DNA of 64,000 nt, from NCBI RefSeq assembly GCF_032444005.1, contig NC_091291.1, positions 32,240,001 through 32,304,000 on the forward strand, given 5' to 3'. The notes under the pieces were generated by a model, which saw only the letters and a program-made list of their open reading frames with translations, did no database searches and had not been told where the DNA came from. Origin of the DNA: Ranitomeya imitator. Its lineage: Eukaryota. The position numbers and the translations under genes are program-made. This document shows, one piece after another, positions 1-12,210 of this stretch (the first letter of the stretch is position 1; the number at the start of each line of letters is the position of its first letter).

Positions 1-1590
1 CATAAATGGCACAGACGGTGCAAGCTTCATAAATGGCACAGACGGTTCAGGCTTCATAAATGGCACAGACGGTTCAAGCTTCATAAATGGCACAGACGGT
101 TCAAGCTTCATAAATGACGCAGGTGGTTCAAGCTTCATAAATGGCGCAGATGTTTCAAGCTTCATAAATGGCGCAGACGGTGCAAGCTTCATAAATGGCA
201 CAGACGGTGCAAGCTTCATAAATGGCACAGACGGTTCAAGCTTCATAAATGACGCAGGTGGTTCAAGCTTCATAAATGGCGCAGATGTTTCAAGCCTCAT
301 AAATGGCGCAGATGTTTCAAGCTTCATAAATGGCACAGACGGTGCAAGCTTCATAAATGGCACAGACGGTTCAGGCTTCATAAATGGCACAGACGGTTCA
401 GGCTTCATAAATGGCACAGACGGTGCAAGCTTCATAAATGGCGCAGGCGGTTCAATCTTCATAAATGGCACAGACGGTTCAGGCTTCATAAATGGCACAG
501 ACGGTTCAAGCTTCATAAATGGCACAGACGGTTCAGGCTTCATAAATGGCACAGACGGTTCAAGCTTCATAAATGGCACAGACGGTTCAAGCTTCATAAA
601 TGGCACAGACGGTTCAAGCTTCATAAATGGCACAGGTGGTTCAAGCTTCATAAATGGCGCAGATGTTTCAAGCTTCATAAATGGCACAGACGGTGCAAGC
701 TTCATAAATGGCACAGACGGTTCAGGCTTCATAAATGGCACAGACGGTTCAATCTTCATAAATGGCACAGACGGTTCAGGCTTCATAAATGGCACAGACG
801 GTTCAAGCTTCATAAATGGCACAGACGGTTCAAGCTTCATAAATGACGCAGGTGGTTCAAGCTTCATAACTGGCGCAGATGTTTCAAGCTTCATAAATGG
901 CACAGACGGTGCAAGCTTCATAAATAGCACAGACGGTTCAGGCTTCATAAATGGCACAGGCGGTTCAAGCTTCATAAATGGCGCAGACGGTTCAGGCTTC
1001 ATAAATGGCACAGACGGTGCAAGCTTCATAAATGGCACAGACGGTGCAAGCTTCATAAATGGCACAGACGGTGCAAGCTTCATAAATGGCACAGACGGTG
1101 CAAGCTTCATAAATGGCACAGACGGTGCAAGCTTCATAAATGGCACAGACGGTTCAGGCTTCATAAATGGCACAGGCGGTTCAAGCTTCATAAATGGCAC
1201 AGGCGGTTCAAGCTTCATAAATGGCACAGACGGTGCAAGCTTCATAAATGGCACAGACGGTGCAAGCTTCATAAATGGCACAGACGGTGCAAGCTTCATA
1301 AATGGCACAGACGGTTCAGGCTTCATAAATGGCACAGGCGGTTCAAGCTTCATAAATGGCGCAGACGGTTCAGGCTTCATAAATGGCACAGACGGTGCAA
1401 GCTTCATAAATGGCACAGACGGTGCAAGCTTCATAAATGGCACAGACGGTGCAAGCTTCATAAATGGCGCAGACGTTTCAAGCTTCATAAATGGCACAGG
1501 CGGTTCAAGCTTCATAAATGGCGCAGATGTTTTAAGCTTCATAAATGGCGCAGGAGGTTCAAGCTTCATAAATGATGCCGGTGGATCAAG
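1..1590. repeat. 27-bp tandem array (about 58 units, continues off the window start)
   Basis: Unit CATAAATGGCACAGACGGTTCAAGCTT (HindIII site). Unit starts at 1, 28, 55 and 1567 (=1+58x27) keep register, so there is no net indel. Confidence 0.97.
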
Positions 1591-1686
1591 AATTTTAGGC
1601 TAAGTTAACTTGTTTTTGTTTATCTTTTTTAGCGACTTTTTCTAGTAGCGTCCTTTACAGAATTTATATTTGTGCTTTTTCTGTTA

Positions 1687-2100
1687 GGCTACTTTCACAC
1701 TAGTGTCGTACTCAGCCCGTCTCAGTGCGTCAGGCCGACGTACCGACGCTAGCAGTGAATCCGCCGCTCAACGGGGGCAGCGGATGCATTTTTCCAGCGC
1801 ATCCGCTGCCCCATTGTGAGGTGCGGGGAGGTGGGGGTGCGCATGCATGCGCGGTCGGAAAAGGCGGACCGGCGGCAGCAAAAAACATTACATGTAACGT
1901 TTTTTGCATCCGACGGTCCGCCACAAAACGGCGCAATCGTCGCACGACGGTTGCGACGTGTGGCAAAGCATCGCAATGCGACGCTAATGCAAGTCAATGG
2001 AGAAAAAACGCATCCTGCAAGCACTTTTGCAGGATGCGTTTTTTTTCTACAAAACAACGCATAGTGACGTGCTGTGCACGACGCTAGTGTGAAAGTAGCC
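1687..2100. mobile_element. PIF/Harbinger-type MITE
   Basis: TIRs GGCTACTTTCACACTAG / CTAGTGTGAAAGTAGCC, flanked by TTA on both sides (1684-1686, 2101-2103); partly palindromic interior. Confidence 0.85.
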
Positions 2101-2169
2101 TTAAACTCCTCACCTTCTGTGGGATTTTAATATAACAGACAGGTTATAACAGACAGGTACACAGAGGGG

Positions 2170-2900
2170 CATTGTCGGGGGATATGGAGAGGGGCATTGT
2201 GGGAAGAATATTATGGAGAGGCACATTGTGGAGAGAATATTACGCAGAGGGGTTTTGTGGGGGGAATATTATGTAGATGGGCAGTGTGTGGGGGAATATT
2301 ATGGAGAGAGTCAGTGTTGGGAATAAGGAGACGGGCTGTGTGGGGGAATATTATGGAGAGGGGCAGTATAGGGGATATTTTGGAGAGGCACAGTGTGGAG
2401 GACATTACAGAGAGGGACTTTGTGGGGGGATATAATGGACAGGGGCACTGTGGGGAGAATATTATGGAGAGGGTTTGTGTGTGGGGGAAATTATGGAAAG
2501 GGGCAGTGTGGAGGGGATATTATGGAGAGGGGTAGTGTGGGGGGGAATATTATGGAGAGGGGTAGTGTGTGGGGGAATATTATAGAGAGGGGCAGTGTGG
2601 GGGGAATATTATGGAGAGGGGCAGTGTCGGCGGGAATATTATGGAGAGGGGAGTGTTGGCGGGAAAATTATGGAGAGGGGCAGTGTTGGAGGGAAAATTA
2701 TGGAGAGGGGTAGTGTCGGCGGGAATATTATGGAGATGGGTAGTGTGAGGGGAATACTATGGAGAGGGGAAGTGTGGGGGGAATATTCTGGAGAGGGGCA
2801 GTGTGGGAGGAATATTATGAAGAGGGGCAGTGTGGAGGGAATATTATAGAGAGGGGCAGTGCTGAGAGATATTACGGAGAGGGGCAGTGTGGGGGGATAT
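2170..2900. repeat. G-rich imperfect minisatellite, about 26-27 bp unit
   Basis: Repeated GGGGAATATTATGGAGAGGGGCAGTGT-like units; a related block lies at 4930-5630. Confidence 0.85.
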
Positions 2901-3294
2901 TTTGTACATGAAGCACAGTGGGGGGCAATGATTTATTCAGTGGCACAGCATAGGACATTTGTTTATGGGGCAGTATAATAATACTTTTATTTTTAGGGGC
3001 ACCGTGCTGGGATGTGCTGCTGAAGAGGGAAGTCTGCAGATAGGAGCACTACGCATAAAATCTTATCATGGCGTCTGTACTACATGGAGACAAAAGGGAT
3101 GGACGCTACTCTCTCCTTTCTATATTATTATTATTTATTTATATAGCACCATTGATTTCATGGTGCTGTACATGAGGAGGGGTTACATACTGTACAAGTT
3201 ACAGATATCACGTACAGTAAACAAACTAACAATGACAGACTGATACAGAGGGGCGAGGACATTCAAATGTATTTGTGTCTTTCAGATGTGAATA

Positions 3295-4567
3295 TGGATC
3301 GCCCCAGACACAGGGCCACGGGTTCTCGGTACCGGGCCTCTCTGGTTCGGTTCTGAGGCTGTCACGGTGGCTAGACCCGGTCCGCGACCCTGCTAAGGAG
3401 CGTCCAATAAAGGTGGTACAGTCTGTCAGGGGTTCGTGACGCCACCTGTGGTGTTCGGTCAGGGTGACCGACGCTGCTGTGGGGTCCGCTGGGGTGATGG
3501 AATGGCAGCTGGATGGTATACCTTCCCACAGGTGAAGTATGTCCCCAGGGCTTCCCAGTAAGGTGGATGGTGATGGTGTGAGGTGCAGTCAATAACGAGG
3601 ACACAAGGTTGCAGTCTCTTTACCTCTTTACTGAAGGCTTCAGGATCCTCAATCCAGAGTACGTTTAACAGGGCTATCAGAGACCGGCCGGTCCGATGGG
3701 CACATCCAGAGTTTCCTTCACAGATGGAAATCGTTGCCTACCAATAGCGCCTGTGTGTTGTAGTCCTACCCTGCTGAGCATTCGGAATAGTCCTCACAAC
3801 TGCTGTTCTCGTTCGTTCGTTCTCTACAGCTTTCTCTCTCTCTCTCTTTAGTTTCAGATGTTGCTAGTTTCTCGTCCCCCAGGTATGTTATGGCTAGGAC
3901 GCACCCGTATGACGGGAAGGCCTGGAGGTCTTCCGGGACCCTAGAGACGCCCCTCTCCCTATGTTGCCCCGTATGTCTTCTTAGGAAATTTAAGGTAGAC
4001 AGCCAACCTATAGTTAACTGTCCTGCGGAGTTCGAAGTAAGGCCTAGAGTCAGTTACTCCCGCGGTGTTCCGGCCACCGGCTATGCGCCTCAGTAGGATG
4101 TTGCCTCGGTCTCACGGCACGACTCCTACTGGCTCTCCTTTGTGCTTGATCTCGTTTACACTGTTCCACAATATCCTTCCCTTCGTGTCTCTTTCTTAGG
4201 ATACCGCCGCAGGGTGTGCAGGCGCGGTTCCGTTACATTCTGTTCTGTTCGCTAGGCACCTCCCAGGTTCCCACGCCTGACAGGGACCCCCCTGTGCCTT
4301 CTCCCTGCAACACCCCCTGCCACGGGATGTTGCCCAAATCCAACCCAGTCAGCTTCTGACTAACTTCCTCCCCAGCCCCTAGTTTTACCAGTGTGAGGAG
4401 TGGCCCAATAAATAAAGCCTTTTTCTCCCCCTAGTGGCCGGAGTGTGAAGTCTAATGTGTTCTGGTGATACCTGGTCAGGAGAACTCCTTAGTGCCATCA
4501 GACGTACCGCTGCTTCCCTTAGTGGCAGAGTGTCATACTGCAACGACCAGATCTCTGGGGCGCTGCA
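3295..4567 (-). mobile_element. Solo LTR (Gypsy-like)
   Basis: TG...CA termini with short inverted ends (CGCCCCAGA/TCTGGGGCG); 4-bp TSD AATA at 3291-3294 and 4568-4571; both ends similar to the element at 50296-51452 in the opposite orientation. Confidence 0.85.
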
Positions 4568-4929
4568 AATACATTTGAACACTTGGGCGCCAGTCTGGGG
4601 TAGAGGAGCGCCTGTCAGCCCTGTCCCGCCATGCAGCGGTGTGGTGAGGTCAGCATGCGGTAACCTTATCACACTGCTTCTAGGCCTGTAGAGACAGCGG
4701 GCATCGGTAAGCGAGGGCGGGCACCGCTGGAGCGAGACTAGTCCATTAGACGGCTTCTGCTCTGGAGTATGCATATTGCATACATCACTGCCGTTCCTGG
4801 CTCAGAAAAAGGCGAATTCTCACAGCGCACACTAAAAGTCTTCTTCATTTTAGACCGGACAACCCATTTGATATGCTTTCATTTTAGATGAGAGGGGAGA
4901 GTTGGTGTTACTGCTAGGGCACATTATGA

Positions 4930-5630
4930 GGCAATTGGGGGATTGTGAAAGGGGGCTTGGTGTTTGGAAGGACAGTGGGGTGGACGTTATGCAGAAAGGA
5001 AATGTAGAGGAGATATTATGGAGAGGGGCTGTGTTGGTGGAATATTATGGAGAGGGGCAATGTGGGGAATATTAAGGAGAGGGGCAGTGTGGGGAACATT
5101 AGGGAGAGGGGTAGTGTGGGGGGACATTATGGAGAGGGGCAGCGTGGTGAATAATATGGATATGAGCTGTGTTGGGGGAATGTTATGGAGGAGAGCTGTG
5201 TGGGAGGGAATATTATTGACAGAGGCAGTGTTGGGGGTAGATTATGGAGAGGGGCTGTATGCAGGAATAGTATAGAGGGGTAGTGTAGGGGAGCATTATG
5301 TAGAAGAGCGGTGTGGGGAATGTTACGGACAGGAGCAGTGTGGGAGGAATATCGTGGAGAGGAGCAATGTGGCGAATATTTTGGAGGGGGCAGTGTGAGG
5401 GGAATATTATGGAGAGTGGCTGTGTGGAGGATATTTTGGAGAGGGGCAGTGTGGGAAATAGTATGGAGAGGGGCTATGTGTGGAATAAGGAAAGGGGCTA
5501 TGTGGCAAATAAGGAGAGGGGCAATGGGAATAATGAGAGAGGAATTATGGGGGGAATATTATGGAGACGTGCTGTGTGGGGGATATTTTGGAGAGGGGCA
5601 GTGTGGAGGGATATTATGGTAAGAGCCATT
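4930..5630. repeat. G-rich imperfect minisatellite, second block
   Basis: Same motif family as 2170-2900, followed by a non-repetitive segment similar to 2890-3120. Confidence 0.8.
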
Positions 5631-6778
5631 GTGGGGGTGATATTTTGTGCACGAAGCCCGGTAAGGGGCAATCATTTATTCAGCAGTACAGTATGGGAGA
5701 TATTTATACTTACGGGGCAGTATAACGATTATTTTAGTTTTAAGGGCACCGTGTCAGGATGTGATGCTCAAGACAGAGAAGGGGGAAATCTGGAGATAGG
5801 AGCTCTGGGCATGAGCTCTCATAATGGCGTCTGTACTGCATGGAGACAAAAGGAATGGGAACGACTCCAATCAGAGAATATGTCATCTATTAGGTACTTG
5901 GTTGTACGTGTTTATATGTGATACTGCCTGTGTCTCATCAGTGCTGTGATTCTAGTATGGTCCACAGTCTGATGATGACTGGTAACCGTAACTGCCAGAA
6001 TCTCCTTACCATTGCTAAGGACATACTGGGAGTTGTAGGTTCATGCGATATCTGGGGCTGATCTGACATTGCCGCTGGTGCTGCATTCATGTACTGACGG
6101 TGGTTCTGGTGCTGCACTCGTGCTGACGGTGGTTCTCATCTGGTACACATGTAGCAATCCATAATGGGATTCATGGCTATGTTAAAACTTAAAAATCCTA
6201 AAAATGTAGAGATTTGAGACTATGAGGAGGATTTGGTGAGTTTCTGCTGCAAAAATGTAAGATTTTTTTAAACAAACTGGACAGAAACTCTAAAAATCCT
6301 CATCAAATATCAAAACTTGGTTCTGGTGATGTACAAACGTACTGATAGTTGTTTTGGTGATGTGTTCATGTAAGTTCCTGTTATAATAAGTACACTTGTC
6401 ACATTTGTGATAGAAAGGAATCAGGAAATGCAGAGCATCGCAGCTATGATATGTATCATGACATACAGAGTATCACAGCTGTGATAGAAAGGAATCAGGA
6501 CACGCAGAGCATCGCAACTGTGATAGAAAGCAGTTAGGACACAGATAATCATAACTGTAATAGAAAGGTGTCAGGACATGTAGAGCATCGCACGTGGAGG
6601 AAAGACAATTATGGCAGCTAAATAGGAAAGGGTTCTTTACAGTAAGAGCAATCAGACTGGAAAGCCGACCACAAGAGCTAGTAATGGCAGTTACTATAAC
6701 AACATTTAAAAAAGGTTTACATGCTTTTGTAACAAAACATGACATTGTGAGTTATAAATAATCTAGCAATATAACATA

Positions 6779-8206
6779 CTAGATGGTGGCCCGATTCTAA
6801 CGCATCGGGTATTCTAGAATATGCATGTCCACGTAGTATATTGCCCAGCCACGTAGTATATTGCACAGCCACGTAGTATATTGCCCAGCCACGTAGTATA
6901 TTGCCCAGCCACGTAGTATATTGCCCAGTCACGTAGTATATTGCCCAGTCACATAGTATATTGCCCAGTCACGTATATTGCCCAGTCACGTAGTATATTG
7001 CTAAGTCAAGTAGTATATTGCCCAGCCACGTAGTATATTGCCCAGCCACGTAGTATATTGCCCAGTCACGTAGTATATTGCCCAGTCACGTAGTATATTG
7101 CCCAGTCACGTAGTATATTGCCCAGTCACGTAGTATATTGCCCAGTCACGTAGTATATTGCCCAGCCACGTAGTATATTGCCCAGTCACATGGTATATTG
7201 CCCAGCCACGTAGTATATTGCCCAGCCACATAGTATATTGCCCAGCGTCGTAGTATATTGCCCAGCCACGTAGTATATTGTCCAGTTACGTAGTATATTG
7301 CACAGCGACATAGTATACAGCACAGAGCCACGTAGTATATTGCCCAGCCATGTAGCATATTGGCCAGTCAGGTAGTATATTGCCCAGCTACGTAGTATAT
7401 TGCCCAGCCATGTATGTCACAGGTTAAAAAATAAAAATATACTCACCTTCCGAGGGCCCCTTGTAGTTCGGTCACATGACCGTGACATCATGGCAGGTCA
7501 TTCTCGCGCAGGCGCACAGGACCTGTGATGACGTCGCAGTCACATGACCGTGACGTCACGGCAGGTCGTTCTCGTGCAGGTGCGCAGGCATTGTGTTGAC
7601 GTCACGGTCACGTGACCGTGACGTCATGGCAGGTCCTTCTCACGCAGGAGCGCAGGGCCTGTGATGACGTCGCGGTCACATGACTGTGACGTCATGGCAG
7701 GTCCTTCTCGCGCAGGCACGCAGGACCTGTGATGACGTCGTGGTCACATGACCATGACGTCATGGCAGGTCCTTCTCCCATACCATTCTTGGCACCGGAA
7801 CCTGCCAGAGGTCACCGGAGCGTCGCGAAAGGTGAGTATATAATGATTTGTTATTTTTTAAATTATTTTTAACATTAGATGTTTTTACTATTGACGCTGC
7901 ATAGGCAGCATCAATAGTAAAAACTTGGTCACACAGGGTTAATAGCGGCGGTAACGGAGTGAGTTACCCGCGGCATAACGCTGTCCGTTACCGCTGGCAT
8001 TAACCCTGTGTGAGCGGTGACTGCGTGGAGTATGGAGGGACTAATCGGACTGTGGCCGTCGCTGATTGTTCGCGGCAGCCATGACAGATAGCTGGCGAGA
8101 CCAATCAGCGATTTGGATTCCATGACAGACAGAGGCCGCGACCAATGAATATCCGTGACAGAAAGACAGACAGACGGAAGTGACCCTCAGACAATTATAT
8201 AGTAGT
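6779..8206 (-). mobile_element. Non-autonomous Helitron carrying 20-bp and about 67-bp tandem repeats
   Basis: 3' end on the minus strand: A|CTAG at 6778-6782 followed by hairpin CCCGAT-N8-ATCGGG. The 5' end near 8206 resembles that of the copies at 34050 and 60561. Internal CACGTAGTATATTGCCCAGC array at 6830-7410. Confidence 0.8.
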
Positions 8207-8217
8207 TATAACTTTGA

Positions 8218-8272
8218 AGATAGGTTGAACTTGATGGTCCTAGGTCTTTTTTCAACCTATGTAATTATATGA
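8218..8272 (+). mobile_element. CR1 LINE 3' terminal fragment
   Basis: GGTTGAACTTGATGGTCCTAGGTCTTTTTTCAACCTATGTAA resembles the CR1 3' end as I recall it; short match only. Confidence 0.5.
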
Positions 8273-10000
8273 ACAGTACATTAGGAAAATGCCTGAAATG
8301 TTATTGCCTATAATACTATTCTACAAGTAATTTCCCCTTATTTTTTTCTGTATAAAGTGCTAGCTATAAATCCAATCTCTGGATTTAAATAGTGTGAAAT
8401 GCTTGCACGTTTAATCTGTATTTCTTCTGGTGCCTAAGGGAAGCCATAATGATAGGCGCCTGCTTGGTAACCAGTGCAGTTATTTGCCTCTATAATTAAG
8501 TGAATTACCAATAATGAAAGGGTTAATACTTGGGTCCTGCATCAGTAATAGCCCCTGCAGTAACCATGACAACTGTGATAAAGAAGATTCCATAATAGAA
8601 GGCCAAGCTGCCACAATCAGCGCGATTACTGATGCGCCTGAGGACGTTGAGCTTGACCACCCCACGTAATGTGCCGACCTTGGTGAAATTTGGAGGTTCT
8701 AGCAGGGAAAGGGTTTGTCTGCTTTAGACACCCCCAGGGCATGGGAAGGTAACCGAGGAGGATCCCCAGCACAGAATCCCCTTCTGTTTGCCTCTACAAA
8801 GAGCTGCTCTCCTTTAGGAGTTCATGGAAGCACCTATGACTTTAATGGGTGATAAATTGGGATTGGAGAAGGGGGGAGGGGGTATTTCTCCTGTTAGGGG
8901 TTATCCATTATGAACAATCCCTGTAATCAAAAGTCTAAATTTATGAGAGATGGACGTGGATCAGTAAGGAAGAAATGTTCATCCATCTGGGCAATCAGAT
9001 CAACTAAATTGATTCTATCAACCAATGTGGTGACCGAAACTGCAGCCAGATCTCTCCCACATCCGGTTTATCACATTTATAGTCTATATTTGTTATGTTG
9101 CTCTCTGTAAATCTGGTAAAATGTACAAATGTTAAAACTTGTTACATCTGTTATATATCGGTACTAAGTCTCTAAGCCCAAGGGAAGGGCAACCCTCCAG
9201 CCATGGTTCCCTAGAGGTTTCCACCACAGGGGTTTTTTCCTCTCCTGAGTGCTGGGGGTGACTCTTCGTGAGTCGAGGGTTGTGCCATTTTTGGTGTCAT
9301 GTGAATGTAAATAAAATTGAGAACGTTTGACACCTAATTACAATGCTTCGTGTATTTATTTTGTGCGATTCATTTTGTTTGGGAGACGGGGTCCATCACA
9401 TGTCACTGTGTCATAGGACATGTCGGACATCTGCCGGCCACAGTTTTGCCCCAGGTGTTGCTCCTGCTCTGGTGAATATCATGGAGCAGAGAAGACAAGC
9501 AAGGGTGAACTCATCATTGGAATAAAGACTTGTATCACAGCAGGATTAAAAGCAGCTTCCTCGCCTCATTCACACAGTGAGTATTTTGGCCAGTATTTTA
9601 CATCAGTATTTGTCAGCTAAAAAAAACAGGAGCAAACAGTGAGAAAAATAATAACTCAATGACTTTCACGTCTTCTGTGTTTTGGATCCACTCCTGGAGC
9701 CTGCTAACAAATACTGATGCAAAATATCGCCATGTAAAAGTGCTGTAAATCCTTACTGATTTCATCATTACATCGATGACAGCGCTGCAGTCAGTAACTT
9801 AGCTCAGTGACTCTTTGTCCGTGATCCTCGAGGTCAGTGTGGTTACAAAGAACATGTCTTGCTCTTACCTCCGGACGGCTGTTATATCCTGCAGTAACTG
9901 ACAATCCACAGATATGAATAAGCGCTGTATTGTGAGCGGCAGCCAGGACCGTAGTCGTGGCCCACATAGGTGTCTGCTTTACCGTGCCTTGACCACCCGC

Positions 10001-10794
10001 TGTTGTGAATTCTGTTATCGAACTCCCTCCTGTGGTCATGAATAGTACTTCGGCGAGTTCTGTCCATGGACTCCCTCTGGTGGCTGTGAGTGGAGTTGCT
10101 GGTTCTGAGGTTCCTTCCACAGGTGACCTAGGTTATTCTTAGGCTGGCTTCTCTATTTAACTCCACTCAGATCGTTACTCCATGCCAGCTGTCAATGTTC
10201 CTGTACTGGTTCAGTTTGCTCTTGAATCTTTCTGGTGACCTGTCTCTTCCTGCAAGAAGCTAAGTCCCCGATTGTTATTTTCTGTTCATTGTTCTCTTGT
10301 CCAGCTTGCTTTCATGATTTGCTTTGCTAGCTGGAAGCTCTGGGATGCAGAGTGGCACCTCCGCACCGTGAGTCGGTGCGGGGGTCTTTTTGCACACTCT
10401 GCGTGGTCTTTTGTAGTTTTTTGTGCTGACCGCAAAGATACCTTTCCTATCCTCTGTCTGTTTAGTTAGTCTGGCCTCCCTTTGCTAAAACCTGTTTCAT
10501 TTCTGTGTTTGTGACTTTCATCTTAACTCACAGTTAATATTTGTGGGGGGCTGCCTTTTCCTTTGGGGAAATTTCTCTGAGGCAAGGTAGGCTTTATTTT
10601 CTATCTCTAGGGCTAGCTAGTTCTTAGGCTGTGTCGAGGCGTCTAGCCAATGTCAGGTACGCTCCACGGCTATTTCTAGTTGTGTGATAGGATTAGGGAT
10701 TGCGGTCAGCAGAGTTCCCACTTCCCAGAGCTTGTCCTGTATCGGTTTAACCATCAGGTCATTTCGGGTGCTCCTAACCACCAGGTCCATAACA
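10001..10794 (+). mobile_element. Solo LTR with 6-bp TSD (superfamily uncertain; BEL/Pao- or ERV-like TSD length)
   Basis: Starts TGTTGTGAATTC and ends CCATAACA; ACCCGC duplicated at 9995-10000 and 10795-10800. Strand is assumed. Confidence 0.8.
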
Positions 10795-11893
10795 ACCCGC
10801 ATCACATATATACAGTCCCACTGTCTCACTTGCCTGGTTCTCAGAGGCCTCCCTGAGACGCAGGGACACTTCTTCACATAAAGAGACAGAGTCCAATTCC
10901 AAGTTAAAACGTAGAACTTTGCTTGTTTCCAATCGCAGCACGTCCACATCAGTTACAGCATCAACAGAGAGTTCTGCACAGTTCACATCCTTCGCTTTCC
11001 CTATGTCCTTTAGGTTGTACCCGGTTTGTCCCATCTCGACCGTTACTGCAGCATCCTCCCTGTTCAGCTTCACACCATTCAGGATGTTCCCTTGTCTGTT
11101 TCGCACCAGACATAAGGGCATCTGCCCAAGTAGAAAGCTGCCACATTTTGGAGCGATCTGCGTTTCTGTTTTGCGGTGACTTCTGCTATCACCTCTGCTC
11201 TCACTTCTGCTGTTTCTGCTGCTCTCACTTCTGCTGTCCTGCTGCTCTCACTTCTGCTGTCCTGCTGCTCTCACTTCTGCTGTCCTGGATGACTGGGCTT
11301 CACACTTAACATTACGTGGCCCACTGCATAGCTGGGGGCCCTCAGGCCCAGCTGACCTGCCTGGGCTCCCTATCCTAACTGACCCAAAACCAGGAAATCC
11401 TCCTGTCTTACCCACAGTTGGCCCCTCCTAAGTTAACTGTTACTGTTCCTGAGTTCCTCTCTCTAATCTCAGTGTGCTGTAATGCTCCCCTCTAGTGGCT
11501 AACAAAGTCTCTTAGAACTGCTTAAAATGTACAGAAACTGGCCAATACCCCATCACAATTTTTTTTTCTACCAAAATTTACAAAATTTAAGGGAAGCGAC
11601 AGTTTAATAAAGAGACACAAGTCTCCTTTAGAAGCCTCTAAAAGCCAGCAATGGTCTTTGTCCAGCACCGGACAATGTCAAGTGCTAACAAATATATATT
11701 CCCTATCTAACTAACAATTTGTGAACAGACATATATGCTGACAAGGGACAACTGAAAGCTGGACTGGACGTGGTTGCTGACTGTTGTGTCTGTGCAACTG
11801 CAGTTTGTGGGCAAGAGGCATCAGCGCCTCCTTCCTGGATAGCAAATTGGGAAGGGTGTAACACAGGGGAATTGAATTACTCCATGCATTTAA

Positions 11894-12210
11894 ACGGACT
11901 CTGTCACCTGAATTTGGCGGGACAGGTTTGCGGTCATATGGACGGGGTTTTCGGGTGTTTGATTCACCCTTTCCTTACCCGCTGGCTGCAATATTGGGTT
12001 GAAGTTCATTTTGTGTCCTCCAAAGTACACGCCTGCGCAAGGCAAGATTGCCTTGTGCAGGCGTGTACTTCGGAGGACACAGCATGAACTTCAACTCAAT
12101 ATTGCGGCCAGCAAGCAGCCAGCGGGTAAGGAAAGGGTGAATCAAACACCTGAAAACCCCGCCCATATGACCGCAAACCTGTCCCGCCAAATTCAGGTGA
12201 CAGGTTCCTT
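11894..12210. mobile_element. T2/Kolobok-type palindromic MITE
   Basis: Long inverted repeat (CTGTCACCTGAATTTGGCGGGACAGGTTTGCGG / reverse complement), TTAA on both sides. Confidence 0.85.

Noticed and set aside
1725-2087. Cluster of four ORFs of 78-120 aa
   Set aside because: All lie within a palindromic Harbinger MITE; no recognisable domain.
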